From Shewanella sp. (lineage in GTDB: Bacteria > Pseudomonadota > Gammaproteobacteria > Enterobacterales > Shewanellaceae): a stretch of 64,000 nt of DNA. Shown here piece after piece: positions 9,565-20,579 of the stretch (within the stretch, counting starts at the first letter, position 1; every line of letters starts with the position of its first letter). A model generated the notes under the pieces. It was given only the letters and a program-made list of their open reading frames with translations. It did no database searches and was not told where the DNA came from. The translations under genes were made by a program, and so were the position numbers. The DNA is taken from assembly GCF_048265805.1 (NCBI RefSeq), contig NZ_JBLXAT010000012.1, positions 15,412-79,411 on the forward strand, in the 5' to 3' direction.

Positions 9565-9595
9565 TGTTAAGTCGCTGAAAATAAAAAATTCTTTT

Positions 9596-9629
9596 AAATG
9601 CCAGTCTGTTTAACAGTCTGGCATTTTTG
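9596..9629 (+). terminator. Intrinsic terminator after cheR
   Basis: aaatgccagtctg-tttaa-cagtctggcattttt: one internal mismatch in the stem, followed by a T-run. Confidence 0.7.
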
Positions 9630-9696
9630 TTGCTGTAGTTTTACCACAGCGGCAATCCTCGCTCTCTATGCTAGTTAAATTTCCGCTACTGTTTTA

Positions 9697-9712
9697 TGGC
9701 ACGTTAATTGCT
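9697..9712 (+). promoter_or_regulatory. Sigma-54 promoter for flgBCDE
   Basis: TGGCAC-GTTAA-TTGCT. The predicted +1 is about 24 nt before the flgB ATG. Confidence 0.75.
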
Positions 9713-9746
9713 TTTATTTGCACATAAGGCAAATGAGGAAATTTTT

Positions 9747-10145
9747 ATGGCGATCAGTTTTGATAATGCGTTGGGGATCCACCAATACACGCTGGGGATC
9801 CGTGCTCAACGCGCCGAAGTTCTCTCAAGCAATATTGCCAATGCTGATACACCGCATTACAAAGCGCGCGATGTGAATTTTTCGTCAGCATTAGAAAGTG
9901 CGGTGTCTCATCAACAGGGCATGCGCATGATGGCAACATCAGAAAAGCATTTTGATTTACAGGCGCTCACTCAGCAAAACGTGCAGTTTCGCGTGCCTGA
10001 TCAGCCAGACACTGGTGATGGTAATACGGTTGATATGCAGAAAGAACAGCAGACATTTATGCAAAATACTCTTGAATATCAAATGTCTTTGGATTTTCTG
10101 GGGGGTAAGTTTTCCGGAATGCGCAAAGCCATTAGAGGAGACTAG
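9747..10145 (+). CDS. flgB: Proximal rod protein FlgB
   Basis: [12 protein letters not shown]...[16 protein letters not shown], with a GAGGAA ribosome-binding site. Start is at M14 of the tracked ORF. Confidence 0.9.
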   Translation: MAISFDNALGIHQYTLGIRAQRAEVLSSNIANADTPHYKARDVNFSSALESAVSHQQGMRMMATSEKHFDLQALTQQNVQFRVPDQPDTGDGNTVDMQKEQQTFMQNTLEYQMSLDFLGGKFSGMRKAIRGD

Positions 10146-10147
10146 CG

Positions 10148-10570
10148 ATGGGCCTTTATAACATTTTTAATATCGCCGGTTCTGGCATGTCAGCGCAGTC
10201 TGTCAGACTTAATACCACGGCGAGTAACATTGCTAACGCCGATTCGGTCTCCAGTAGCATTGACCAAACCTATAAGGCGCGTCATCCGATTTTTGAGGCG
10301 GAGCTGACAAAAGCGTCTAATGGGCAACGCCAGCCTGAAGGCTATTCGGTCAAGGTGCAGGGTATTGTCGAGAGCGAAAAACCGCTACTTAAAGAATATT
10401 CACCCGATCATCCTTTAGCTGATGGTGACGGCTATATATACAAGCCAAACGTCAACGTTGTTGAAGAGATGGCGGATATGATTTCAGCTTCACGCTCGTA
10501 TCAAATGAACGTGCAGGTTGCTGATGCCACCAAGTCGATGCTGCAACAAACGCTGCGTCTTGGTAAGTAA
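10148..10570 (+). CDS. flgC: Proximal rod protein FlgC
   Basis: RLNTTASNIANADS...ASRSYQMNV, 140 aa. Confidence 0.9.
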   Translation: MGLYNIFNIAGSGMSAQSVRLNTTASNIANADSVSSSIDQTYKARHPIFEAELTKASNGQRQPEGYSVKVQGIVESEKPLLKEYSPDHPLADGDGYIYKPNVNVVEEMADMISASRSYQMNVQVADATKSMLQQTLRLGK

Positions 10571-10583
10571 GGAGAACTAAATC

Positions 10584-11267
10584 GTGGCTATTAATTCGCT
10601 CAATTCATTGCTGGATACTTCGAGTACCAGCCAGGCTACGTCATCGGTTAATCCGAATAATCAAAGCCTAACGCAGGAAGATTTCTTCTCTTTGCTCAGT
10701 ACGCAATTATCGATGCAAGATCCATCTAATCCAGTGGATAACGACCAGATGATTGCGCAGATGGCATCCTTCTCTACCGTTGATGGTATCGGTAAGTTGA
10801 ACGACGAAATCGTCAACCTCAACACGGTGATGACTTCTAGCCAAGCGCTGCAAGCATCCGGCTTGGTGGGGCAAAAAGTGTTAGTGCCTTCTGGCGTGGG
10901 TTATCTGTCTGCTGAAGATAACAGCATTAAAGGGGTGATCAGTTCACCTTCGCCAGTGTCCACCATTAAAGTGTCGGTGACTGATGAATCTGGTCAAGTG
11001 GTTAAGAACTTCAATGTTGATGGCTCGGCGGGCGGTAATATCGATGTGGCGTGGGATGGTACTGATAACAATGGTAACCAGATGTCTCCGGGTATCTACA
11101 CGCTTAACGCTAACGCCACGATTGATGGCGAGGCACAAGATCTCGCGGTGAGCAGTTATGGTCACGTGAGCAGCGTATCGCTGAACTCAACCAGCGGTGC
11201 GGTATTGAACGTACGCGGTATTGGTGGTGTGCGTCTAGCGGATGTACTGGCAGTAACCGAAGCTTAA
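10584..11267 (+). CDS. flgD: Hook cap / scaffold protein FlgD
   Basis: LTQEDFFSLLSTQLSMQDPSNPVDNDQMIAQMASFSTV is the FlgD N-terminal domain, and an FlgD Ig-like C-terminus follows. GTG start. Confidence 0.9.
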   Translation: MAINSLNSLLDTSSTSQATSSVNPNNQSLTQEDFFSLLSTQLSMQDPSNPVDNDQMIAQMASFSTVDGIGKLNDEIVNLNTVMTSSQALQASGLVGQKVLVPSGVGYLSAEDNSIKGVISSPSPVSTIKVSVTDESGQVVKNFNVDGSAGGNIDVAWDGTDNNGNQMSPGIYTLNANATIDGEAQDLAVSSYGHVSSVSLNSTSGAVLNVRGIGGVRLADVLAVTEA

Positions 11268-11320
11268 TTTTTGCGCCGGAAGTAACCGGACATTACTCAA
11301 GAAGATTTAAGAGGTGACCT

Positions 11321-12685
11321 ATGTCTTTTAACACTGCTCTCAGTGGGATCAATGCGGCGCAGAAGGATTTGAACGTTACAGCAAACAACATTGCTAACGT
11401 AAACACCACCGGCTTTAAAGAGTCACGGGCAGAGTTTGCCGATGTGTACGCCAATTCTATTTTCACCAACAGCAAAACGGCGGTTGGTGGTGGTGTGAGT
11501 ACTACCCAAGTAGCACAACAGTTCCACCAAGGTAACTTGTTATCTACCAATAATGCGCTGGATATGGCGATTAATGGTAATGGCTTTTTCGTGACGTCTT
11601 CTGGTATTGGAGATCAGGATTTTTCTTACACCCGTGCTGGTGCATTTAAACGAGATGATAGTGGCTTTTTGGTTGACTCAATGGGTAACTATTTACAGGC
11701 GTTTCAAGTGGATAGCGATGGTAATGCAGCGTCAGTAAGTTTAAGTACTACAAGACCTGTGCAGATCCCTGATACCGCGGGTAGCCCACAGGCGACCAGT
11801 GAAGTCGGCATCAGCATGAACTTGGATTCTAGCTCCGAGACGTACGATCCTACTGCCTTTGATCCGACTGATAGCTCCACTTTTAATAACTCTACCGCGG
11901 TGACAATTTATGATTCACTCGGCGAGTCGCATACGTTAACCAGCTATTTCGTGCGGCCAAACGATGCCGCTTATACCGGCAACAGCAGTTGGGTAGCTTA
12001 TTACGCCATCGATGGACAGCCTGTCAACTTAGATGGTGCTGCCGGTACTTACGACATTGACGTTAATGGCGATGGTACGGCTGATGGTACGCCTCAAACG
12101 GCAACCACCGCTGGTGGTTGGACTGGCGCAGTGTTGAGCTTTGACGCATCAGGTAACTTTACAGGTAGTAGTCCAACAAGCATCACCACCCAGCAATTAG
12201 GGATCGCCGGAGCTAACGTGTTAGGTGCTTCCGCTGATGGTACTCAACAACTGGATATTTCGTTCAATACGCCGACGCAGTTTGCTGAAAGTTTCAGTAC
12301 CACTTCATTGACTCAAAACGGGGTAACGGTTGGTCGTTTGACCAACGTGGAAGTCGGTACTGATGGTGTGATTTCGGCAACATACAGCAACGGTTCTACA
12401 GTGCCATTGGGCCAAGTGGCGCTGGTGCGTTTTGCTAACGAACAAGGCTTAACTCAGGTGGGGAACACCTCATGGAAAGCCAGTCTTGAATCTGGCGAAG
12501 CATTAGCCGGTGAGGCCAATACCGGTATCTTTGGAGCGATTCGTTCGTCATCGTTGGAACAATCCAACGTGGACTTAACCACCGAGTTGGTTGACTTGAT
12601 TTCGGCCCAGCGTAACTTCCAAGCGAACTCGCGCACGTTGGAAGTGAACAACACGCTACAACAGACCATTCTCCAGATCCGCTAA
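11321..12685 (+). CDS. flgE: Hook protein FlgE
   Basis: MSFNTALSGINAAQKDLNVTANNIANVNTTGFK... with C-terminus LISAQRNFQANSRTLEVNNTLQQTILQIR. Confidence 0.95.
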   Translation: MSFNTALSGINAAQKDLNVTANNIANVNTTGFKESRAEFADVYANSIFTNSKTAVGGGVSTTQVAQQFHQGNLLSTNNALDMAINGNGFFVTSSGIGDQDFSYTRAGAFKRDDSGFLVDSMGNYLQAFQVDSDGNAASVSLSTTRPVQIPDTAGSPQATSEVGISMNLDSSSETYDPTAFDPTDSSTFNNSTAVTIYDSLGESHTLTSYFVRPNDAAYTGNSSWVAYYAIDGQPVNLDGAAGTYDIDVNGDGTADGTPQTATTAGGWTGAVLSFDASGNFTGSSPTSITTQQLGIAGANVLGASADGTQQLDISFNTPTQFAESFSTTSLTQNGVTVGRLTNVEVGTDGVISATYSNGSTVPLGQVALVRFANEQGLTQVGNTSWKASLESGEALAGEANTGIFGAIRSSSLEQSNVDLTTELVDLISAQRNFQANSRTLEVNNTLQQTILQIR

Positions 12686-12757
12686 TCTTAGGGGGCGTTG
12701 ATCTTTGTTGAACGACCATTCAACACGAAAGGCTAACGGCTTCTATTCTAGTAAGAC

Positions 12758-12804
12758 AGCGGCAAGGCAGTTGCTACGGCAAAGCCTTGCCGCTTTGCTT
12801 TTCC
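12758..12804 (+). terminator. Intrinsic terminator after flgE
   Basis: An 11-bp perfect stem (agcggcaaggc ... gccttgccgct) followed by ttgcttttcc. Confidence 0.7.
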
Positions 12805-12862
12805 TCTGTGGTGTCTCTTTTCTAACTACTTGTCTTGTTTGAATAAGTATTTGTGAGTTTTG

Positions 12863-12878
12863 TGGCACGAAGCTTGCA
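12863..12878 (+). promoter_or_regulatory. Sigma-54 promoter for flgFGHIJ(KL)
   Basis: TGGCAC-GAAGC-TTGCA, a perfect match to the consensus. Confidence 0.8.
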
Positions 12879-12916
12879 AATGCCTGTGTGAGCTCAATTT
12901 TTGACGGGGCATTGCA

Positions 12917-13660
12917 GTGGACAAATTTCTCTATATCTCCATGACTGGAGCTAAGCAAAACATGTATGCATTGGCAGTGCGGAGCAATAACCTCGCCAAC
13001 GCCAATACTGATGGTTTTAAAGCGGATATGAACCAAGCGCGCTCAATGCAGGCCTTTGGTGAAGGTATGCCCACTCGTGTGTTTGCAATGACAGAAAAAC
13101 CATCGTCTGACTTTAAAGCTGGCCCACTGCAAACCACTGGCCGCGATATGGACATTGCTGTGAAAGGTGATGGCTGGATTGCGGTACAGGCAGCAGATGG
13201 CTCTGAAGCCTACACCCGCTCTGGCAGCCTGAATTTTGACACTACAGGTATGCTGCGTAACGCCCGTGGCGAGCCAGTGATGGGCGATAACGGTCCCATT
13301 GTGTTGCCATTACCAATCCAAAAAATTGATATCGGTTCTGATGGCATGATCTCGGTACAGCCGCAGGGCGCAACACCAGAAGTGATTGAAGAAGTCGCAC
13401 GTATCAAGCTGGTTAATCCCGGCAATGAAAACATGATGCGTGGCGAAGATGGCCTATTTAGAACCATGAATGGTCAGCCCGCGCCTGCGGATCCTACCGT
13501 CGGCGTGGTTAATGGTGCCATTGAAGGTAGTAACGTCAATGCCGTGAATGAAATGGTGGCGCTGATTGATTTGCAACGTCAGTTCGAGATGCAGGTCAAG
13601 ATGATGAAAACCGCCGAAGACAATGACAAAGCTTCAGCCGAGCTGATGCGCGTTAGCTAG
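12917..13660 (+). CDS. flgF: Proximal rod protein FlgF
   Basis: MDKFLYISMTGAKQ...NNLANANTDGFK...LIDLQRQFEMQVKMM. GTG start. Confidence 0.9.
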   Translation: MDKFLYISMTGAKQNMYALAVRSNNLANANTDGFKADMNQARSMQAFGEGMPTRVFAMTEKPSSDFKAGPLQTTGRDMDIAVKGDGWIAVQAADGSEAYTRSGSLNFDTTGMLRNARGEPVMGDNGPIVLPLPIQKIDIGSDGMISVQPQGATPEVIEEVARIKLVNPGNENMMRGEDGLFRTMNGQPAPADPTVGVVNGAIEGSNVNAVNEMVALIDLQRQFEMQVKMMKTAEDNDKASAELMRVS

Positions 13661-13671
13661 GAGTAATTATT

Positions 13672-14460
13672 ATGCAACCCGCTTTATGGATCAGTAAGAC
13701 AGGCCTTGATGCCCAACAGACCGATATTTCGGTGATCTCCAACAACGTTGCTAACGCCAGTACTGTCGGCTACAAAAAAGCGCGTGCGGTATTTGAAGAT
13801 CTTTTGTACCAGACCGTCAACCAAGCTGGTGGCGTGAGTGCGACCAACACTCGTTTACCTAACGGCTTAGAGCTGGGTGCGGGTACCAAAGTGGTGTCAA
13901 CGCAGAAAATCTTTTCTCAGGGCAACATGCTGACCACCGATAACTCGCTGGACATGATGATTGAAGGCCCGGGCTTTTTTGAAATTCAGATGCCAGATGG
14001 CACCACCGCTTACACCCGTAACGGTCAGTTCACGCTGGATGATACTGGCCAGATCGTTACCTCTGGGGAAGGCTATGTGTTGCAGCCAGCCATTACCATT
14101 CCCGATGATGCCACCAGTATTACCGTGTCGTCTGAAGGTGAAGTGTCAGTAAAGACTCCTGGCAACGCCGAAAACCAAGTGTTAGGTCAGCTAACGATGT
14201 CTGATTTTATTAACCCATCTGGCCTCGATCCTATCGGCCAAAACCTTTATTTAGAAACTGGTGCCAGTGGTGCTCCGGTACAAGGTGTCGCTTCTATCGA
14301 CGGTATGGGCAGTATTCGTCAAGGGGCACTGGAAACATCCAACGTTAACGTCACCGAGGAACTGGTGAATCTGATTGAAAGTCAGCGCGTGTATGAGATG
14401 AACTCGAAAGTTATCTCGGCCGTGGATCAGATGCTGGCTTATGTGAATCAGAATCTCTAA
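13672..14460 (+). CDS. flgG: Distal rod protein FlgG
   Basis: ALWISKTGLDAQQTDISVISNNVANASTVGYKK...LIESQRVYEMNSKVI, 262 aa. Confidence 0.95.
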   Translation: MQPALWISKTGLDAQQTDISVISNNVANASTVGYKKARAVFEDLLYQTVNQAGGVSATNTRLPNGLELGAGTKVVSTQKIFSQGNMLTTDNSLDMMIEGPGFFEIQMPDGTTAYTRNGQFTLDDTGQIVTSGEGYVLQPAITIPDDATSITVSSEGEVSVKTPGNAENQVLGQLTMSDFINPSGLDPIGQNLYLETGASGAPVQGVASIDGMGSIRQGALETSNVNVTEELVNLIESQRVYEMNSKVISAVDQMLAYVNQNL

Positions 14461-14472
14461 TGAGGTGATGAT

Positions 14473-15150
14473 ATGAGAACACTGATAATCGTACTGGGTT
14501 TTGCCATGCTTGGCGGCTGCGTGTCGACTAGTAATGATAAGCCAATCCCAGACGATCCTTATTACGCGCCGGTTTATCCCGACGATACCAACATTAACCA
14601 ACCGCCTACTGGGTCAATTTATGCCTCGCGTAAAGCGAGTTCGCTGTTTACTGATCTGAAAGCGCACCGAGTGGGCGATATTGTCACTATCGTGCTGACG
14701 GAGTCGACTCAAGCGTCAAAAAGTGCCAATAACCAGATGGCCAAAGGTTCCAACATGACTGTCAATCCGATGACGGTTGCCGGCGCCAATGTGACCATGA
14801 ATGGCAACCCATTGGACTTTGGTTATTCCGATTCGATGGATACCAACCGGCAGGCAGGCACCGACCAGAGCAACAGTCTCTCAGGTGAAATCTCCGCCAA
14901 CGTGATGCAAGTGCTCAGCAACGGCAACTTGGTTATTCGCGGTGAAAAGTGGATCACCATTAACAATGGCGACGAATTTATCCGCGTAACCGGCATTGTA
15001 CGGCCGCAAGACATTGCCACCGATAACACGGTGCAATCGCCACGCGTGGCTAACGCGCGGATCCAATACAGCGGAACAGGCACCTTTGCTGACTCGCAAA
15101 AAGTGGGCTGGCTCAGCAAATTCTTCTTCTCCGACTGGTGGCCTTTCTAA
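14473..15150 (+). CDS. flgH: L-ring lipoprotein FlgH
   Basis: Lipobox LGFAMLGGC, plus [15 protein letters not shown] and [30 protein letters not shown]. Confidence 0.95.
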   Translation: MRTLIIVLGFAMLGGCVSTSNDKPIPDDPYYAPVYPDDTNINQPPTGSIYASRKASSLFTDLKAHRVGDIVTIVLTESTQASKSANNQMAKGSNMTVNPMTVAGANVTMNGNPLDFGYSDSMDTNRQAGTDQSNSLSGEISANVMQVLSNGNLVIRGEKWITINNGDEFIRVTGIVRPQDIATDNTVQSPRVANARIQYSGTGTFADSQKVGWLSKFFFSDWWPF

Positions 15151-15161
15151 GGAGCAATATC

Positions 15162-16250
15162 ATGAAATTGCTAAAAATTGTTCTATTGTCGCTGCTGTTG
15201 GCTCCCTGTGCACATGCAGAGCGCATCAAAGATATTGCCGATATTCAAGGCGTGCGTGACAACCAATTGATCGGTTACGGCTTAGTGGTCGGTTTACCCG
15301 GCACTGGGGAAAAAACCCGTTACACCGAACAAACCTTTATGACGATGCTGAAGAACTTTGGCATCAACTTGCCAGACGGTGTCCGACCAAAGATTAAAAA
15401 TATCGCCGTGGTGGCTGTGCATGCGGATATGCCGCCATTTATCAAACCGGGGCAAACGTTGGACGTGACCGTTTCTAGCCTTGGTGAAGCTAAAAGTCTT
15501 CGTGGCGGTAGCTTGCTGCAGACCTTTCTAAAAGGGGTCGACGGTGAAGTGTACGCCATCGCCCAAGGGAGTTTAGTGGTGAGTGGCTTTAGTGCTGATG
15601 GTATGGATGGCTCTAAAGTGGTGAATAACACGCCTACCGTTGGCCGTATCCCCAATGGCGCCATTATCGAACGTGAAGTGCAAAGTCCGTTTGCGACCGG
15701 TGACTACTTAACCTTTAACCTACACAACGCGGATTTTACAACGGCGAAACGCACGGCTGAAGCTATCAACAATCTGCTTGGTCCTGGGATTGCGCGGGCT
15801 TTGGATGCCAGCTCTATTCAAGTGACTGCGCCGCGCGATGTATCGCAGCGCGTGGCTTACCTGTCTACCTTGGAAAACATCCAAGTAGAGCAAGCGGATG
15901 AAGCCGCCAAAGTGATTGTCAATTCGCGTACTGGCACCATTGTAGTCGGCAAAGATGTGAGACTACTGCCTGCGGCCATTACTCACGGTGGTTTGACTGT
16001 CACCATTGCTGAATCCCCGCAAGTGAGCCAACCGAACCCATTAGCGGGTGGCAATACTGTGGTCACGCCAAATAGTAATGTGAACGTGACTCAAGAAGAC
16101 CGTCGGATGTTTATGTTCAACCCTGGCACCACGCTAGATGAGTTAGTGCGCGCGGTGAATATGGTAGGTGCAGCACCGTCTGATGTGTTGGCAATCCTAG
16201 AAGCATTAAAAGTGGCAGGAGCTTTGCATGGTCAGCTAATCGTGATCTGA
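15162..16250 (+). CDS. flgI: P-ring protein FlgI
   Basis: Signal peptide [19 protein letters not shown] followed by [31 protein letters not shown]. An AAGGAG ribosome-binding site supports M9 of the tracked ORF as the start. Confidence 0.95.
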   Translation: MKLLKIVLLSLLLAPCAHAERIKDIADIQGVRDNQLIGYGLVVGLPGTGEKTRYTEQTFMTMLKNFGINLPDGVRPKIKNIAVVAVHADMPPFIKPGQTLDVTVSSLGEAKSLRGGSLLQTFLKGVDGEVYAIAQGSLVVSGFSADGMDGSKVVNNTPTVGRIPNGAIIEREVQSPFATGDYLTFNLHNADFTTAKRTAEAINNLLGPGIARALDASSIQVTAPRDVSQRVAYLSTLENIQVEQADEAAKVIVNSRTGTIVVGKDVRLLPAAITHGGLTVTIAESPQVSQPNPLAGGNTVVTPNSNVNVTQEDRRMFMFNPGTTLDELVRAVNMVGAAPSDVLAILEALKVAGALHGQLIVI

Positions 16251-16267
16251 TTTATTGACGGTTAGAT

Positions 16268-17329
16268 ATGCAACGGCTAGCAGATACCTCACAATTTATG
16301 GACTTGGCAGGGCTTGATAACCTGCGTTCCAAAGCCCAAAAAGACCAGAAAGCTGCGCTGAAAGAAGTGGCGCAGCAATTCGAAGGTATCTTCGTGCAAA
16401 TGCTGATGAAAAGCATGCGCGAAGCCAATGCCGTTTTTGAGTCTGACAGCCCATTCAACAGCCAGTACACCAAGTTTTACGAAAGCATGCACGACCAACA
16501 GATGTCGGTCGACCTATCAAGCAAGGGCATGCTGGGACTGGCTGATCTGATGGTACAGCAACTGTCACCAGAGGGGTCTAACATGACTCCAGCATCAGTG
16601 CTACGTACCCATGAAACGCCAGAAGCGGCGGCTAAATCTGAAGCACCAGTCACGCCCTCATTGGCCTCGTTATCGAGTGAACAACCTAAATCCGCTGTCA
16701 CAGAGTTACCGCCAGTGGCACAGTTCGTTATGCCTGAAAAGCAAACCAGTTTCTTCCCCGAAGCCAGTCAGCTGGAATCTATCCTTAGCGGCAAAAAAAC
16801 GCCTGTGGTTGCCGCTAAAGAGGATATGCAAAGCCCTGAAGGCTTTGTCAGAGCGCTGTATCCATACGCCCAAAAGGCCGCTAAACAGCTGGGAACAACG
16901 CCAGAAATTCTTATGGCTCAGTCAGCACTAGAAACTGGCTGGGGGCAGAAGATGACCAAAGGCAGTGACGGCCTTCCAAGTAACAACTTATTTAACATCA
17001 AGGCGGATGGCCGCTGGCAAGGCAATAAAGCCAACGTATCGACGCTGGAATATGAGCAAGGCCACGCGGTTAAACGGCGCGAAAGCTTCCGTGTGTACGA
17101 CTCAATCAAGCAAAGCTTTGACGATTATGTGCAATTGATCAGCAATAGCGACCGCTATGAGCAAGCGCGAGCTGCGGCCGCAGATCCGGCTGCCTTTATC
17201 AAGGGGCTAGCCGATGCAGGCTACGCTACCGACCCGAACTATGCCAACAAAGTGTTGCGTGTACTTCAGACCATTAAAGCAGAATTCAACTTAGGCGGCA
17301 GCAGTGCAGCGCCAGCAGGGGAGCAATAA
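16268..17329 (+). CDS. flgJ: FlgJ: rod-assembly domain fused to a peptidoglycan hydrolase (glucosaminidase)
   Basis: The N-terminus VAQQFEGIFVQMLMKSMREAN is the rod-binding domain. The C-terminus ILMAQSALETGWGQ...NLFNIKA...FRVYDS...GYATDPNYANKV is the glucosaminidase domain. Confidence 0.9.
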   Translation: MQRLADTSQFMDLAGLDNLRSKAQKDQKAALKEVAQQFEGIFVQMLMKSMREANAVFESDSPFNSQYTKFYESMHDQQMSVDLSSKGMLGLADLMVQQLSPEGSNMTPASVLRTHETPEAAAKSEAPVTPSLASLSSEQPKSAVTELPPVAQFVMPEKQTSFFPEASQLESILSGKKTPVVAAKEDMQSPEGFVRALYPYAQKAAKQLGTTPEILMAQSALETGWGQKMTKGSDGLPSNNLFNIKADGRWQGNKANVSTLEYEQGHAVKRRESFRVYDSIKQSFDDYVQLISNSDRYEQARAAAADPAAFIKGLADAGYATDPNYANKVLRVLQTIKAEFNLGGSSAAPAGEQ

Positions 17330-17332
17330 TTC

Positions 17333-19255
17333 ATGGCGATTGATTTACTCAACATTGCTCGTAGCGGCGTGGTTGCTGCGCAAGGGCAACTGGGCGTTAC
17401 TAGTAACAACATTGCTAACGTTAATACCACTGGCTACAACCGCCAAGTTGCTAACCAAGTTGCTGATCAGTCATATAACCTTGGCGGCAATTATTATGGT
17501 ACAGGCAGCTACGTTAATGATGTAAAACGTATTTACAACGAATATGCCGCACGTGAATTACGCATTTCGCAAACGTCACTCAGCCACGCTGAAACGATGA
17601 ACGGTAAGCTTAGCGGCTTAGACGAGTTGTTCTCGCAAGTGGGCAATTCTATTACTACTTCGCTTAATGATTTATATGAAAATCTGAACAGCCTAGCGGA
17701 CTTACCAAATGACACTGGCATTCGCCAATCTGTGCTGACCACAGCTGAGCAACTTACTTACAGTTTCAATCAAATGGATGGCTACCTCAGTAATCAGTCA
17801 TCGCAGGTTAATGATGAGATTGGCAGTGTTACCAAACGCATCAACGAGATCAGCCAAGAGATGGCCAATATCAACGTTGAGTTGATGAAGAATGGTAATA
17901 CTGATCCGCAACTGTTGGATAAGCAGGACGCATTGATTGATGAGCTAAGCCAATATGCTGAGGTGAACGTAGTGCCGCTAGACAATGGTGCCCGTAGCAT
18001 TATGTTTGGCAGCAGTTTTATGCTGGTTTCCGGTGAGGTTGCCATGAAACTGGGGACAGTTAACGGCGATCCTTATCCAACCGATGTTGATTTAACTTAC
18101 ACCTTAGGCGGCAGCACGCTAAAAGTAGACCCGAGTAAAATTGGTGGGCAACTGGGTGCGCTATTTGAGTACCGTGAAGATGTACTCCAGCCAGCGTCCC
18201 AGCAGTTGGGGTTAATGGCGCTGGGTGTCTCCGATGCGTTTAACAAGGCGCAATCTCAAGGATTTGACCTTGAGGGAAATCTCGGCGCATCAATGTTCAC
18301 CGAAATCAACGACCCAAGCTTTGCTTCCTCTCGCGTTGCCGCTTTTAACAACAACAGCGGTAGTGCGGTACTTAGCGTGAGCTTAGATGATATCGGGCAA
18401 TTAACTGGTGAAAGCTATGAGTTGAAGTACACCAATGCGGGTGACTATCAACTGACTAACCTGCAAACAGGCTCCAGCACTAATTTGACGCTCAACGGTG
18501 GCGTACTTGAAGGTGCTGATGGTTTCTCAATTAACATTGATACTGGGGCGATGGCCGTAGGCGACCGGTTTGAAATTCGTCCAACTGGCGGAGCTGCAGG
18601 CAAAATCGATGTGTTGTTAGCGGAGCCTGAATCACTCGCTACGGCTGGCCCACGTATCACTGCCGATAGCGCCAATTCTGGTAGCACCAGTATCAGCCTT
18701 CAAGCGATTAACCGCAGTGCGGCAGGTTTTCCAACCACGAATAGTCCCATTACGGTGACGATTGATTCGAGCGTCGCAACACCGACCTATGAAGTGTTTG
18801 ACGCCAACGGCAATAGCCTTGGCACAGGAACTGCCACTGGTTCGCCACCGCAAATTACTACCAACGGTTTTACCTTCCAATTGGATAGCACATCTGGTGC
18901 AACCGACAGCTTCACCTTTGATTTGAGCTTTGCTACGGGCGACGGTGCCAATGCAGTCAAGATGTCACAACTGAGCAATGCCAACATCATGAGTAATGGC
19001 ACCGAAACGCTGAGCGACATCTACGAAAGCAATAAATTAAATATTGGTAGCTTAACCAAAGCATCGGACGTGCGGATGGCATCGGCCCAGAGTATCCACG
19101 ATCAGGCGTACAACCGGGTGCAATCAGAGTCTGGGGTTAACCTTGATGAAGAAGCTGCCAACTTGATGAAATTCCAACAGGCCTATCAGGCTTCAGCCCG
19201 TGTCATGACAACGGCTAATACCATTTTTGACACGCTGTTTAATGCAGTGCAATAA
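17333..19255 (+). CDS. flgK: Hook-filament junction protein FlgK (HAP1)
   Basis: LLNIARSGVVAAQGQLGVTSNNIANVNTTGYNRQ... with C-terminus EAANLMKFQQAYQASARVMTTANTIFDTL. Confidence 0.9.
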   Translation: MAIDLLNIARSGVVAAQGQLGVTSNNIANVNTTGYNRQVANQVADQSYNLGGNYYGTGSYVNDVKRIYNEYAARELRISQTSLSHAETMNGKLSGLDELFSQVGNSITTSLNDLYENLNSLADLPNDTGIRQSVLTTAEQLTYSFNQMDGYLSNQSSQVNDEIGSVTKRINEISQEMANINVELMKNGNTDPQLLDKQDALIDELSQYAEVNVVPLDNGARSIMFGSSFMLVSGEVAMKLGTVNGDPYPTDVDLTYTLGGSTLKVDPSKIGGQLGALFEYREDVLQPASQQLGLMALGVSDAFNKAQSQGFDLEGNLGASMFTEINDPSFASSRVAAFNNNSGSAVLSVSLDDIGQLTGESYELKYTNAGDYQLTNLQTGSSTNLTLNGGVLEGADGFSINIDTGAMAVGDRFEIRPTGGAAGKIDVLLAEPESLATAGPRITADSANSGSTSISLQAINRSAAGFPTTNSPITVTIDSSVATPTYEVFDANGNSLGTGTATGSPPQITTNGFTFQLDSTSGATDSFTFDLSFATGDGANAVKMSQLSNANIMSNGTETLSDIYESNKLNIGSLTKASDVRMASAQSIHDQAYNRVQSESGVNLDEEAANLMKFQQAYQASARVMTTANTIFDTLFNAVQ

Positions 19256-19267
19256 GGGGAATAATTC

Positions 19268-20473
19268 ATGAGAATCTCCACCGCACAAATATACCGCCAA
19301 AATGTCGGCAGCATTACCCGTAGTCAGCAACAGTCACAAGAGATTATTGACAAACTCTCCAGTGGCAAGCGAGTTAATACCGCTGGGGATGATCCCGTTG
19401 CCGCTATTGGTATTGATAACCTCAATCAACAGAATGCCCTCATCGAGCAGTATCTGAAAAATATCGATTACAGCAAAAATCGCTTGGCGGTTACCGAAAG
19501 CAAACTTGGCGGAGCTGAGTCGATTGCCACCTCTATGCGTGACCGTATATTGGCGGCGGCAAACGGCACATTATCGGGCGATGAGCGGCAAGGAATTGCC
19601 GACGAACTCAAAGCCAGCTTAGAAGAGATGAAAAGTATTGCCAATTATCAGGATGAATCCGGTAATTATCTGTTCGCAGGCACGAATATCGATACTCGTC
19701 CGTTTGATTTCAGCAACACAAATACCATTGTCTACAACGGCAACAACACGGTTCGCCAAGCAATTGTCGCTGATGGGATATTGATGGACACCAATGTGAG
19801 CGGCGAAGTGGCGTTTATGGCGGCCCCGAACGCTATTGGCGATTATAGCGTCAATTATTCGTCAACCCAGAGCGGTGATATGACGATCGAAAGCGCCGCT
19901 ATCAGCGATCCCGCCAGTTATGTGGCCGACACTTATAGTTTTAATTTCACTGACAACGGCAGTGGTGGCGTTGATTTAACCGTCACGGATTCATCAGGCA
20001 CCACAGTACAAACTACACCTAACTTCGATCCAACAAACCCTATTACTTTCAACGGGATAGAGGTTTCCTTCGATGGCACTCCAAAAGCTGGTGACAGTTT
20101 AACCATTGAACCTAATGACACCAACAGCATTTTCGACACTGTTCAACAGGCAATTGCCTTGTTTGAAAACGGCGAAGAAATAAATACGCCAGCCGGTAGA
20201 TCAAAATTGGCACAGCTTTTGAATAACTTTGATAGTGGTGTCGATCAGATCCGCTTAGCTCGAGGTATCGCAGGTAACAACCTGAAAGCTGTCGAGAGTT
20301 ACGCGAGTAACCATACAGATACTCAGTTGGTAAATAGTTCTGCGGTATCGGTGTTGGAAGATCTTGATTACGCCTCAGCTGTGACAGAGTTTGAGAAGCA
20401 ACAACTTGCATTAAATGCCGCTTCCAATCTGTTTGGTCGAGTGAGCTCGGTTTCTTTGTTTGACTACCTGTGA
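19268..20473 (+). CDS. flgL: Hook-filament junction protein FlgL (HAP3)
   Basis: A flagellin-like N-terminus, MRISTAQIYRQNV...LSSGKRVNTAGDDPVAA, in the position directly after flgK. Confidence 0.9.
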   Translation: MRISTAQIYRQNVGSITRSQQQSQEIIDKLSSGKRVNTAGDDPVAAIGIDNLNQQNALIEQYLKNIDYSKNRLAVTESKLGGAESIATSMRDRILAAANGTLSGDERQGIADELKASLEEMKSIANYQDESGNYLFAGTNIDTRPFDFSNTNTIVYNGNNTVRQAIVADGILMDTNVSGEVAFMAAPNAIGDYSVNYSSTQSGDMTIESAAISDPASYVADTYSFNFTDNGSGGVDLTVTDSSGTTVQTTPNFDPTNPITFNGIEVSFDGTPKAGDSLTIEPNDTNSIFDTVQQAIALFENGEEINTPAGRSKLAQLLNNFDSGVDQIRLARGIAGNNLKAVESYASNHTDTQLVNSSAVSVLEDLDYASAVTEFEKQQLALNAASNLFGRVSSVSLFDYL

Positions 20474-20579
20474 TGACAGGCCACAACGAAATTATGGCTT
20501 ACAGGGAATAAGAGAAACTGTTTAACAAAGTTAGCCAAGCTCCGAGTCTTGGCGTAAGAACTAGGAAGAGGAACGTTAC

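Noticed and set aside
17293-17308. A sigma-54-like motif, AGGCGG-CAGCA-GTGCA, inside the 3' end of flgJ just before flgK.
   Set aside because: The spacing is correct, but the predicted start site (about 17319) would fall inside the flgK ribosome-binding site, 14 nt before the ATG. The -24 context is also poor. It is probably fortuitous, with flgK co-transcribed with flgFGHIJ.
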